Part shown: in pieces, positions 1 through 9,332 of the stretch
Layout of the letters: each line of letters starts with the position of its first letter
Position numbering within the stretch: position 1 is the first letter of the stretch
Source: Prevotellaceae bacterium
GTDB lineage: Bacteria; Bacteroidota; Bacteroidia; Bacteroidales; UBA932
Length of the DNA stretch: 59,500 bases
Direction: 5' to 3'
NCBI GenBank assembly: GCA_031258755.1
Contig: JAIRMK010000207.1
Coordinates: 1 to 59,500, forward strand
The notes under the pieces: generated by a model
What the model was told of the DNA's origin: nothing
What the model saw: the letters and a program-made list of their open reading frames with translations, nothing else
Databases searched by the model: none
Made by a program: the position numbers and the translations under genes

Positions 1-24
1 TTAGTTCTTAACTCTTAACTAATT
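1..24. repeat. stop-codon-rich stutter spacer directly upstream of the FISUMP gene
   Basis: ttagttcttaactcttaactaatt. The 16-mer TAGTTCTTAACTCTTA (2-17) recurs exactly at 58333-58348 on the same strand. TAG/TAA stops occur in several frames on both strands. Confidence 0.6.
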
Positions 25-1002
25 ATGTGGAAATGTAAAGGGATTTTGTTTGTTGTCCTGAGCGGTTTTGGCGCCGCGTCCTTTGCACAAACTGTGGAAG
101 TGCGTGCCGGCATTGCGACAGCCGGTACGCCGACAGTTTCAGCTGCCACAGCCACCTTCACCGACCCGCGCGACAGCAAGACGTATAAGACGGTGGTGAT
201 GCCCGACGGCCGGACATGGTTTGCACAAAGCCTGAATTACACCAAAGGGTTGGTGTTTAATCCCTATTCGTATGAGGCCAACGGCAAGCAATTCACTTCG
301 ACCGTGAACGGCGCCCCGGCGATTGGCTCCTACTGGTGTCCGTTAGTGTACGTGGGCGGCGGTAAAGACCGGACGGCCTGTAACACGTATGGGGCGTTAT
401 ACACCTGGGAGACGGCGATGATGGTGGATGGGCAGTATGCGGATGAAGAAAGGAGCGCTACGGCATGGGATGAGTCGTGGGTGTCGAACAGCTATTTTAC
501 TTCGGGCGCGCCCGGTGCGACGGCGAACGCCGACCGGAACAATGCGCGTGGCGGCGTGGATATAAAAGGTGGCGGCCGTGGGATTTGTCCTGCGGGCTGG
601 CATGTGCCCACCGACCGGGAATGGGCGCAGTTGTTGGATGCGGTGGATGGTGATACGACCTTTACGGTTAATCAGAAAGGCATTGGTTGGTGGGGCGTAG
701 CTGCCGGGCGGAAGTTAAAGTCGGCCGGCACGTATGTTGGCGGCGAGCGCGGCGACGGCCGGTGGTCGGATCACGCCACTCGCGGGACGGACGACTATGG
801 TTTTTGTGCCTTGCCGGCGGGTTACCGGCGCAGTAACGGGTCGATGTTTGTTACGCGTGGCTTGGCGGTGGCGTATTGGAGTTCGTCGGTGAGCCGTCGA
901 GGCGACGCCTGGTGCCGGAATTTGAACAGCAGTTCGGCGCAGGTTTACCGGATGAACAACACCCGCTCCTACGGCTTGTCGGTGCGCTGCGTAAAGGATT
1001 AA
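25..1002 (+). CDS. secreted FISUMP-domain protein (Fibrobacter succinogenes major paralogous domain, TIGR02145-like)
   Basis: N-terminal signal peptide MWKCKGILFVVLSGFGAASFAQ. Family-typical strings: FTDPRDSKTYKTVVMPDGRTWFAQSLNY, CPAGWHVPTDREW, LPAGYRRSNG, YWSSS, GLSVRCVKD. Confidence 0.7.
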   Translation: MWKCKGILFVVLSGFGAASFAQTVEVRAGIATAGTPTVSAATATFTDPRDSKTYKTVVMPDGRTWFAQSLNYTKGLVFNPYSYEANGKQFTSTVNGAPAIGSYWCPLVYVGGGKDRTACNTYGALYTWETAMMVDGQYADEERSATAWDESWVSNSYFTSGAPGATANADRNNARGGVDIKGGGRGICPAGWHVPTDREWAQLLDAVDGDTTFTVNQKGIGWWGVAAGRKLKSAGTYVGGERGDGRWSDHATRGTDDYGFCALPAGYRRSNGSMFVTRGLAVAYWSSSVSRRGDAWCRNLNSSSAQVYRMNNTRSYGLSVRCVKD

Positions 1003-1154
1003 TGGTTAATGGTTAGTGATTCGTGGTTAATAGAAAGACAAATGTGCTAATGTGACTAATTCTTTAATGTGCTAATTAGTCGTCAATCGTCAATCGCATA
1101 TCGAACATCCCGGTTTTTGTCTAATATCTAACGTCTAATTGTCTATAGTCTGTG
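1003..1154. repeat. degenerate 7-9-bp stutter repeats filling the convergent spacer and running into the 3' end of the XRE gene
   Basis: TGGTTAA/TGGTTAG/TGATTCG/TGGTTAA (1003-1030). AATGTGCTAAT occurs twice (1041-1051, 1066-1076). TCGTCAA/TCGTCAA/TCGCATA/TCGAACA (1080-1107). TCTAATA/TCTAACG/TCTAATT/GTCTATA/GTCTGTG (1120-1154). Confidence 0.8.
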
Positions 1155-1524
1155 GACGCTTTTTCCCCAACATGCCCTGCAGCAAAGCTATTTGTTCATC
1201 CTTGCTTCGGAGCAGTTTTTCGTAAACTTCCTTGTTTTCCTGATAGAAATTTTCGATTTTTTGCTGATAGCCGGTTGCGCTTTCCTTGTTGGTTTGTTGA
1301 AAAACGTCATTACCGATTTCTAATAAGTCGGCCAAAGAAACGCCCAGTATTTCCGCGATGCGGAACAGTCTTTCAAGCGTCAGCTTTGTCTCGCCGGTTT
1401 CTATTTTCCGGTATGCCGCCGGGGTTATAGACAATTCATAGGCCATATTGTCGAAGGTATAGCCCTTTTTCATACGTTCTGCCGTAATCTTTTTGATTAC
1501 CTGTGCTATTTTTTCAGGTTCCAT
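1135..1524 (-). CDS. XRE-family helix-turn-helix transcriptional regulator with a coiled-coil-like C-terminal tail
   Basis: TFDNMAYELSITPAAYRKIETGETKLTLERLFRIAEILGVSLADLL matches the HTH_3/XRE pattern. The ORF-track start at 1542 is TTG; the first ATG gives 1524. The gene is divergent from SusC. Confidence 0.7.
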   Translation of the reverse strand: MEPEKIAQVIKKITAERMKKGYTFDNMAYELSITPAAYRKIETGETKLTLERLFRIAEILGVSLADLLEIGNDVFQQTNKESATGYQQKIENFYQENKEVYEKLLRSKDEQIALLQGMLGKKRPQTIDN

Positions 1525-1693
1525 AGGTGTTATTTTCCCCAAAAGTAATTATTTTTTCATTAATAATAAAAAAATTCTATTAAAAGTAATTTTTTGGGAA
1601 AAAACTCACACGTACCTTTACCTCGTCTTTGCGAAATTATATTAATAAAGGTAGTTAAAGGCTATAATTAAAAATTAACCAATAAATAACCAG

Positions 1694-4600
1694 ATGAAAA
1701 GAAACATGTATGTATTTTTTTTGAAAAAGACCGGAAACTGTATGTTGCGAAGTCTTTTTTTTATGTTGTTTGGTATTGCATCGGCGTATGCCGCTGTAGC
1801 GGATGACAAACATCGTGTAACAGGATTTGTAAAAACCGATGCGGAGGAGACGCTTATCGGTGTGAGCGTGGCAGAGAAAGGCGCTGCAAACGGAACTGTT
1901 ACCCAGTATGACGGGAGTTTTTCGATTGAGGTATCAAGTCCCGCGGCCGTACTGGTATTCTCGTATGTGGGATTTGCCACTCAGGAAGTGCCGCTGAACG
2001 GTCGAACGGCATTGACCGTTATCATGGAAGAAAGCACGACCGGCCTGGACGAGGTGATTGTGGTGGCTTACGGCACACAGAAAAGGAGTTCGGTAACCGG
2101 CTCCATTGCCGTGGTCAAGGCGGAGGAGCTGAAAACGGTTACGTCGCCCAGTGTGAATACGATGTTGCAGGGAAAAGTGGCGGGCGTGCAAGTCGTAAAC
2201 ACGTCGGGGCGCCCCGGCGAGGCGGCCACTATCCGTATTCGCGGCAAAAGTTCGCTGGGCAGCGATGCTTCCATCGACCCCCTGTGGGTAATTGACGGCG
2301 TGATTTCGGGCACGGGCGCACAATTAAACCCTAATGAAATAGAAACTATCAGTATTCTGAAAGACGCTACGGCTACGGCGCTGTACGGCTCGAGAGCCAC
2401 CAACGGCGTAATTCTTGTCACCACAAAACGCGGGCAGGTGGGGGAAAACGTCTTCAATGCAAGTGTTAAATTCGGCGCAGCCACGCAGCATCTCGGCCGT
2501 TTCAAACTGATGGACGGCCCCGGTTTGTATGATTATACGGTCGGCATGCCGGGCGCTTTGACGCAATACGCATGGCTGGCCGATAAAGACCAGCTGCTGG
2601 CGCACAATACCGACTGGTTTGATTTCGCCACACAAACGGGCATCTCGCAAAATTACACGTTGTCGCACACATTCGGCGTCGAAAAGATACGCAACTTCTT
2701 CTCGCTCGATTATTATCAGGAGGAGGGGACGGTGAAGGGGTATGAATACGAAAGATTCAGCTTCAGGAACAACCTCGACTATACGCCCAACAGCAGGTTG
2801 ACGGTACATGTCAAAGTGGCGGGCAGCTACCGCGACACCGACGACCGGCAGCATTCCCTTTACAGCGCCATGAATTATTTGCCGTGGGACTATCCGTACA
2901 ATACCGATGGCACGGTGAGAACCGGGAAAGAAAACGGCATCAGCACCCTTGAGGACTGGCATGGCAGGGACATGAGCAACTACCTTTACAATAACCAGTA
3001 TGATTGGACTAAGGGCAAACAGATTGGCGTCAATGGCAACATCGGTGTTGACTTTAGAATTACCGACTGGCTGGTGTTTGAATCGAACAACAATATCGGC
3101 TTCCGCTTTTTCCGTGAAACAGTGTATTCCGACCCCCGTTCCATCGGCTCGGAGAGCACGGGCGGGCAGATTGATAACAATACCGACCTGGCCACCACCA
3201 AATACACCAATCAACTGTTGCGGCTGTATAAACTTTTTGCAGACAGGCACGCCGTCAGCGCTTTTCTCGGGTATGAATACAGCGACTATTTGTTTGAAAG
3301 CACCATCGCCAAGGGGCAATCCATACCTATTGACGGGGAAGTGCTGCGGGTGGCGGCAAAACCCTATGCGGTAGATGGGCTGAAATACGGGAATGCCACG
3401 CAATCGGTCTATTTCAACACCAATTATACCTACGACGACAGGTATAATTTCCAATTCTCCTACCGTTACGACGGTTCGTCGAAATTCGGCGCCAACAACC
3501 GCTACGGGAGCTTTTGGACGCTTGGCGCTGCCTGGTCGATTAACCGGGAGCAGTTTATGGAAGACATAAAATGGGTTGACCTGCTTAAACTCAGGGTTAG
3601 CTATGGGTCGATAGGCAACTCGTCGAGTTTGGGCAACTATTCCTACTTAAGCGTCTATAGCCTGAGCACCAATTATGCGGGCACGCCCGCTTCGTTCCCC
3701 AACGTGCTCGGCAACCCTGATTTGACATGGGAAAAATGTTACGAAACCAACTTTGCCGTCGATGCCCGTTTGCTGAACAGGCTGGACTTTACGATTGAAT
3801 ATTATATCAAAAACACCTCCGACCTGCTTTATTCGAGAAAACTCAGTTCGCTGACGGGCTACAACAGCCGGTACGAGAACGTGGGGGCCGTGCGGAACAA
3901 TGGCGTTGAACTTTCGCTTTCGGCCGACATTATTGCGCGCAGCGATGTGGTGTGGTCGGCTGGCCTCAACTTTGGATACAATACGAATAAAATTACCGAA
4001 CTGGCCAACGAAAATGCAGACCAGTTCCCGAATGACTACGGTCACCGTATTTTCCGCGTAGGAGAAGACCGCGACGTGTTCTATTTGCCCGAATGGGCGG
4101 GCGTGGATGTATATACGGGCGCCCCGCTGTGGTATGCGTATGATTCGACCACCGGCGAGCGCAAGGTGGTGACCGACCGTGCAAACGCTTCTTATGTGCT
4201 TACCGGTTCATCCACGCCGAAATTTTTCGGTGGCGTGAATACGTCCGTAAGCTATAAGGGAATTACCCTTTCGGCAATGGGGTCGTTTGTCGGCGGCAAC
4301 AAAATTTATCATTCCGCCCGGCAGTTCTATGACAACGACGGCGCGTACCCAACGTATAATACCCTGGATCTTTCATCGGGGCCTAACGGAAGTTGGGTGC
4401 GGTGGCAAAACCCGGGCGACATCGCCACGCACCCGCAAGCCATTTCCGGCGGCAACCATAATTCCAATGAAGCCTCCACGCGCTTTGTGGAAGATGGCAG
4501 TTACTTCCGGCTCAACAACGTAACCCTGTCGTATGACCTGCCCGAGAAATGGCTGAAAAAAGTAAAGCTCGGCCATGCGCAGATATACCTGACCGGCGAA

Positions 4601-4732
4601 AACCTGTTCACCATCACTAAATTTTCGGGCGCCGACGTCGAAATAGGTATTGGAAACGACAATGGGAACTACAGTGTCGATATCTACCCGTCGGTCCGCC
4701 GTTTTTCTGTCGGAATTAACTTTAGTTTTTAA
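1694..4732 (+). CDS. SusC/RagA-family TonB-dependent outer-membrane transporter (PUL 1)
   Basis: Carboxypeptidase-regulatory-like N-terminal domain (VTGFVKTDAEETLIGVSVAEKGAANGTVTQYDGSFSIEV). Plug/TonB-box region DEVIVVAYGTQKRSSVTGS. 1012 aa, ending in an aromatic residue (INFSF). Followed by SusD. An alternative start is the ATG at 1742 (MLRSLFFMLFGIASAYA). Confidence 0.9.
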   Translation: MKRNMYVFFLKKTGNCMLRSLFFMLFGIASAYAAVADDKHRVTGFVKTDAEETLIGVSVAEKGAANGTVTQYDGSFSIEVSSPAAVLVFSYVGFATQEVPLNGRTALTVIMEESTTGLDEVIVVAYGTQKRSSVTGSIAVVKAEELKTVTSPSVNTMLQGKVAGVQVVNTSGRPGEAATIRIRGKSSLGSDASIDPLWVIDGVISGTGAQLNPNEIETISILKDATATALYGSRATNGVILVTTKRGQVGENVFNASVKFGAATQHLGRFKLMDGPGLYDYTVGMPGALTQYAWLADKDQLLAHNTDWFDFATQTGISQNYTLSHTFGVEKIRNFFSLDYYQEEGTVKGYEYERFSFRNNLDYTPNSRLTVHVKVAGSYRDTDDRQHSLYSAMNYLPWDYPYNTDGTVRTGKENGISTLEDWHGRDMSNYLYNNQYDWTKGKQIGVNGNIGVDFRITDWLVFESNNNIGFRFFRETVYSDPRSIGSESTGGQIDNNTDLATTKYTNQLLRLYKLFADRHAVSAFLGYEYSDYLFESTIAKGQSIPIDGEVLRVAAKPYAVDGLKYGNATQSVYFNTNYTYDDRYNFQFSYRYDGSSKFGANNRYGSFWTLGAAWSINREQFMEDIKWVDLLKLRVSYGSIGNSSSLGNYSYLSVYSLSTNYAGTPASFPNVLGNPDLTWEKCYETNFAVDARLLNRLDFTIEYYIKNTSDLLYSRKLSSLTGYNSRYENVGAVRNNGVELSLSADIIARSDVVWSAGLNFGYNTNKITELANENADQFPNDYGHRIFRVGEDRDVFYLPEWAGVDVYTGAPLWYAYDSTTGERKVVTDRANASYVLTGSSTPKFFGGVNTSVSYKGITLSAMGSFVGGNKIYHSARQFYDNDGAYPTYNTLDLSSGPNGSWVRWQNPGDIATHPQAISGGNHNSNEASTRFVEDGSYFRLNNVTLSYDLPEKWLKKVKLGHAQIYLTGENLFTITKFSGADVEIGIGNDNGNYSVDIYPSVRRFSVGINFSF

Positions 4733-4751
4733 CCCATAAAAAATAATCACA

Positions 4752-6461
4752 ATGAAATTAACGATAATACCTTTAATAAAAATGCTGTGCTGCTTTTCGG
4801 TAGTGGCGCTGTTATTTGGCGGCTGCGATCTTGAACGGTTACCCTACGACGCTGTGGTGAATGAAGGAATGAGTATCGGGGAAGCCGAATCCGTTACACG
4901 GGGCACGTATGCCAAGATGAAAGAAGAATATTACTACAAAACCATTCACCAGGTCGGCGAATACGGCGGCGACAATATTTTACTCAGCGGAACAACGTCC
5001 GACCTGCTGTTCAATTTCTACCGTTATACACGTTCCACCGACAGTTATTACACCGCGCGCGTGTGGCTTTTCACCTACCAAATGATAGGGAACATCAACT
5101 CCGTGCTGTCCATACTCGAATCTTACGAAATGTCTGAAAGCGAGAAAGAATTTGTTGACCACCTCATTGGCGAGAACTTGCTGCTCCGGGCGTTTGCCTA
5201 CTTCAATTGCTGTAATATCTTCGGCCGTCCGTATAGAGACGCCAACGGCGCGGCCAATAATCCGGGCATTCCGATAAAAACGGTGACCGATATTGATTAT
5301 TTCCCGCCGCGCGCCAGCGTTGCCGAAGTATATGAGCAAATGATAAAAGACGCAACCCGCGCTGCACAAAAAATGAAAAGAAGTACTTCTACGCCGAAAA
5401 ACAACAACTACGTGACACAGGAAGTCGCCTGGGCGTTTCTCTCCCGTGTATATCTCTACATGGGACGGTGGGAAGAAGCCGAAGCCTACGCCGATTCGGT
5501 GATTAACTCGGGGCGTTATGCGCTGTTGCAGGGCGACCAGTATGCCAAATATCCGCAACACGTGCCGGAATCAAATTCCGAAACAATTTGGTGTATCCGC
5601 ATGGTGAAAGATGCCGACTTCGCCGATTATTACATGGATTGGTATTCCGTAGGCAGCTTATATTGCACTATCGATGAAATAGGCTGGGGCGAAATGTATC
5701 CTTCCGAATCTTACCTTACCCTGCTGCGGGAAAATCCTTCCGACCTGCGTTTCGCATTTATCGAAAACCAGCCGCACCCCGGTGGGGGACTGTGGATGGT
5801 TTATGTCAATGAGGCGAATAATCAGTGGACTTACGTGACAAAAGAGGTGGTGCAGGAAGGAAATGATTACCGTATTACAGAGTCAGCCAGTTCTTACACC
5901 AACCCCATTGTGCAGAAAGAAACAACCCCCGACGGAAAGATACAGTATTACGTAAATAGCGCGACTGGCGGCGGTACCCGTTACAATGTATGGATCGAAC
6001 CGAAATTGGAAGACAGAAACGGCTATCCCAAACGTTATATTCTCAAAACTTCGTATCAGGAACAACAATCGCAATTGTATTCGCCGGTGCTGTTCCGTTT
6101 GGCGGAAATGTACCTGACCCGTGCCGAAAGCCGGTGTCAACAGGGAGAATTACCGGAGGCCATTGAGGACTTGAATGTGATACGCAACCGTGCACAAATC
6201 CCCGAACGGCCACAATCTAATTCCGACGAAACCGTTCTAAAATGGATTCTCGACGAACGCCGGCTGGAATTGGCATGGGAAGCGCAACGCAAGTACGATA
6301 TTTTCCGTAATCAGGAAATATTGGACAGAAAATACCCCGGCACCCATTTGAGCGGTTCGCCGGTGTTGACAGAGCTTGCCCCCTCCGACCCGCGGGTTGT
6401 GGAATTTATTCCCAAGAGCGAAATCGACGCTTATCCGATAGAACTGCAACAAAACCCTTAA
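4752..6461 (+). CDS. SusD/RagB-family nutrient-binding outer-membrane lipoprotein (PUL 1)
   Basis: Lipoprotein signal (LLFGGCDLE). SusD-like strings LLRAFAYFNCCNIFGRPY, RLAEMYLTRAE, ERRLELAWE. Lies immediately downstream of SusC. Confidence 0.85.
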   Translation: MKLTIIPLIKMLCCFSVVALLFGGCDLERLPYDAVVNEGMSIGEAESVTRGTYAKMKEEYYYKTIHQVGEYGGDNILLSGTTSDLLFNFYRYTRSTDSYYTARVWLFTYQMIGNINSVLSILESYEMSESEKEFVDHLIGENLLLRAFAYFNCCNIFGRPYRDANGAANNPGIPIKTVTDIDYFPPRASVAEVYEQMIKDATRAAQKMKRSTSTPKNNNYVTQEVAWAFLSRVYLYMGRWEEAEAYADSVINSGRYALLQGDQYAKYPQHVPESNSETIWCIRMVKDADFADYYMDWYSVGSLYCTIDEIGWGEMYPSESYLTLLRENPSDLRFAFIENQPHPGGGLWMVYVNEANNQWTYVTKEVVQEGNDYRITESASSYTNPIVQKETTPDGKIQYYVNSATGGGTRYNVWIEPKLEDRNGYPKRYILKTSYQEQQSQLYSPVLFRLAEMYLTRAESRCQQGELPEAIEDLNVIRNRAQIPERPQSNSDETVLKWILDERRLELAWEAQRKYDIFRNQEILDRKYPGTHLSGSPVLTELAPSDPRVVEFIPKSEIDAYPIELQQNP

Positions 6462-6491
6462 TTTAAATCATCAAACTAAAAATAAAAACGT

Positions 6492-7376
6492 ATGAAAAAA
6501 ATATTGTTATCATGCATTATTGCCACAGTCGCGTTCTCGTGCGCCAAAGACGAAATCCCTGTTCCAACGGCGCTGATGATCGAAGAACTCGACCTTACCC
6601 TCGTGGCAGAAGGGGAAACCTATCGTAACCGTTTCTATACGACTGCTGCAACCGTCAATGTAGTTATTCCCGAAAGCGCTGCGGAATGGCTTCATGCCGT
6701 TATTGACAACGGTTATCTTGTCATTACCGCCGACCGGAACGCTTCCATCGGGATTCGCACTTCGTCCATGAAAATAGTGACGCCCGAACGGGAAGCTACC
6801 GTGAACATTACACAACAGGGACTGCCTACCAAGCTCATCAAGATTACCGGAGGCGTGCCCTCTTCTTCGCAAAGCAGCGAAGGAATGTGGGAATACACCT
6901 GGGACGGCGACCATGCTACCTATTGGCATTCGCAGTATAGCGCTCCGTCGGCACAATACAACGACCATTTGTTGCAATGGGATTTGGAAAATGACGCGGG
7001 CAGCCTTGACCTCATTATTACCTATCCGCGTAACAATCCAGGCGGAGCTAACGGCAGAACAGGCTATTTCTGTATCTATGTAAAAGGCGACGGCACAGAT
7101 GTGCCGGGCGGCATTGAGGGCGAAGAGCCCGACTGGGATTGGGGCGACCCGCTCGGCTCGGTGGATGCCGATGGGTACAAACTGGTGTATAAAGGCGACG
7201 ATACCTTTAAACAAAATGCATACGGCGGCCCTACCATCATGGTGCTGCCTACACCCATCAACCACCCCACAGGCGTAAAAATGCTGTTTAGAGGAGGCCC
7301 TCAAGGCGCTACGGGCATTTCACGTGGCGGTCACGGCAGCCTGGCCGAGATGGAGCTATATGGTAAAGTTGGTTAA
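6492..7376 (+). CDS. surface lipoprotein: BACON-like N-terminal domain plus F5/8 type C (discoidin)-like domain
   Basis: Lipobox VAFSCAKD. BACON-like AEWLHAVIDNGYLVITADRNASIGIRTSSMKIVTPEREATVNITQQG. Discoidin-like WEYTWDGDHATYWHSQYS. Confidence 0.5.
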   Translation: MKKILLSCIIATVAFSCAKDEIPVPTALMIEELDLTLVAEGETYRNRFYTTAATVNVVIPESAAEWLHAVIDNGYLVITADRNASIGIRTSSMKIVTPEREATVNITQQGLPTKLIKITGGVPSSSQSSEGMWEYTWDGDHATYWHSQYSAPSAQYNDHLLQWDLENDAGSLDLIITYPRNNPGGANGRTGYFCIYVKGDGTDVPGGIEGEEPDWDWGDPLGSVDADGYKLVYKGDDTFKQNAYGGPTIMVLPTPINHPTGVKMLFRGGPQGATGISRGGHGSLAEMELYGKVG

Positions 7377-7423
7377 TAGCACAGTTAAAAAATTATTTAA
7401 AATAACTTAGAATATATCCGATT

Positions 7424-9322
7424 ATGAAAAGTAAACATATTTTTTCTGACCTGTTGCTGTACGTATGTATAGCCGCAATATTCGGTATGGGTAGCTGTAA
7501 AGACCCCATTTATCCGGAAATCGACAAACCCGACCCCACCCGTTCGGGTATTAATGATATTGTATCATTCCATCTGGACCTCTCTCAATTTCCTGAATAT
7601 ACGGAAGGCGATGCGGCGAATGTGGTTATTGTTCCCGAAGCGGATTCTATCTATATTGAAGTGCCGTGGTATGCCGGCATCATTATGGCGCCGGAAATTA
7701 CGGTTTCGTCCAATGCCACCATCGCCCCCATATCGGGCAGCGTGCGTGACTTTTCGCAGGGAACGGTGATTTACACCGTCAGGGCCAATAACGGCGATAA
7801 AAAGGAATGGAAGGTCTATGTGAAATGGTTAGACGAGCCCGAGCCGCCGCTTAGCGATGACCCCCGCCGCCCACTCGAAGAAAACGACAAATATAAAATT
7901 CATAAGATACCGATTTATTCCAATGCCTATACTATTAGCGGAACAGGTATGTCCCTGTCTTCAACCAATGGTATAACATGGACAACGTCGGGCGCAACGG
8001 GTCTGGGGAGCATCTACTTCAATGTGCGGTATCATGGCGAACTGCAACTGGCCCTGCGCGGACGCGCCGGTAATGCCACCGGTGGCACTTTAAGAGTGAG
8101 GATATACGTCAATGAAGAACAATATGTGGAAAACGGCGAGCCTTACGACCATGCTTATCTTTATAAAAAGACCAATCAAACTACAGATACCCTCACCATT
8201 CACCGTATTCATTTGCCCGAAGTGCCGCAAGGCCATGCCGGCCATACGGTACGTATTGACCTCAGCGTAGAAGGCGCCCGCAACGGTAGTTACTACTTCC
8301 GGTTCCCCGAACTTTGGGTGTCGGGATGGGCCACGCGTGGAACAGGCGGTAAGGACCTTACAGGCCTTAACTGGGTTCCTTTAACCAATGAACATTTCGG
8401 ACGTCGCGGCCCGTCGGTACACATCAATATTGAAAAGCCCGCCGGCAACATGGAATATTTTTACAGCGAAGTGTTTATTCCGGAAGGGCAGGATAAGTTA
8501 GGCTCTTATTTCATGTGTAACGGTTTCGGACAGGGCTATGCCGGCATACAGGTGAACTCTGCTACGCAGCGCAGGGTGCTCTTCTCGGTGTGGTCGGCCT
8601 ATACGACCGATAATCCCGCACAAATGGGCAAATATGCGCCCCGCTTAGTCAGGGTGAACAATGATGCGGCATTCAGGAATACGATAACATATACGAAGTT
8701 CGGTGGCGAAGGTTCAGGTGGACAAAGTTATATGGTATATCCGTGGGTGGCTGGCCAAACCTATAAAATGCTTACCCGTGTGCGGCCTCACCCGCAACCC
8801 GAAAAATTCCCCAATTCTTCGCTTTACAAAACATGGTTCCACGATGGCGAAAAATGGATATTTATTGCAGAGTGGCGGCGTATAGAGCTGGATGCAGCCG
8901 ACAACAATGGCGTGGCGCCCACCACCAACTGGTACACCGGCGCCCATCACTTCCTCGAAAATTTCACTCCGAATGAAGGCAATAAAACCCGCTACGGCAC
9001 ATGGAACAACGATTGGTATATCAGCGCTGACGGTGAATGGTACGAAAGCGCTAATTACACCTTTACCAATGACGCCACCGCATCGGCCGGCGACCGGGTA
9101 GATTATGCCGGAGGCATATTGCCGCCCGGCGACCCGCAGGCAGGCGCCGTTTTTCTTAAAATGGGAGGCTATTTCACAGATAATGTGCCGGCGCAAACAC
9201 GATTCGTTAAATCGTTGCGAAACGATCGTCCGGCTATTGATTTTGCAGCGCTTAATGCGATGGGCACCGATGATCCGGCAGCAGATACAATGGTTGACGT
9301 CGGCGAACAATACGAAGAATAG
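7424..9322 (+). CDS. surface lipoprotein, DUF5077/DUF3472-like (function unknown; candidate PUL 1 enzyme)
   Basis: Lipobox IFGMGSCKD. N-terminal Ig-like segment. Central and C-terminal strings (RRVLFSVWSAYTTDN, GGEGSGGQSY, WYTGAHHFLENF) recalled as DUF3472-like. Assigned from memory only. Confidence 0.4.
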   Translation: MKSKHIFSDLLLYVCIAAIFGMGSCKDPIYPEIDKPDPTRSGINDIVSFHLDLSQFPEYTEGDAANVVIVPEADSIYIEVPWYAGIIMAPEITVSSNATIAPISGSVRDFSQGTVIYTVRANNGDKKEWKVYVKWLDEPEPPLSDDPRRPLEENDKYKIHKIPIYSNAYTISGTGMSLSSTNGITWTTSGATGLGSIYFNVRYHGELQLALRGRAGNATGGTLRVRIYVNEEQYVENGEPYDHAYLYKKTNQTTDTLTIHRIHLPEVPQGHAGHTVRIDLSVEGARNGSYYFRFPELWVSGWATRGTGGKDLTGLNWVPLTNEHFGRRGPSVHINIEKPAGNMEYFYSEVFIPEGQDKLGSYFMCNGFGQGYAGIQVNSATQRRVLFSVWSAYTTDNPAQMGKYAPRLVRVNNDAAFRNTITYTKFGGEGSGGQSYMVYPWVAGQTYKMLTRVRPHPQPEKFPNSSLYKTWFHDGEKWIFIAEWRRIELDAADNNGVAPTTNWYTGAHHFLENFTPNEGNKTRYGTWNNDWYISADGEWYESANYTFTNDATASAGDRVDYAGGILPPGDPQAGAVFLKMGGYFTDNVPAQTRFVKSLRNDRPAIDFAALNAMGTDDPAADTMVDVGEQYEE

Positions 9323-9332
9323 ACGTTGCCGT

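Noticed and set aside
2324-3454. 376-aa ORF antisense to SusC. Similar long shadow ORFs occur at 6510-7304, 8714-9349, 11463-12074, 12462-13058, 24773-25822 and 56472-57239.
   Set aside because: All lie fully inside confidently identified genes on the opposite strand. Their low-complexity Arg/Gly/Val-rich translations are typical of antisense frames in GC-rich coding DNA.
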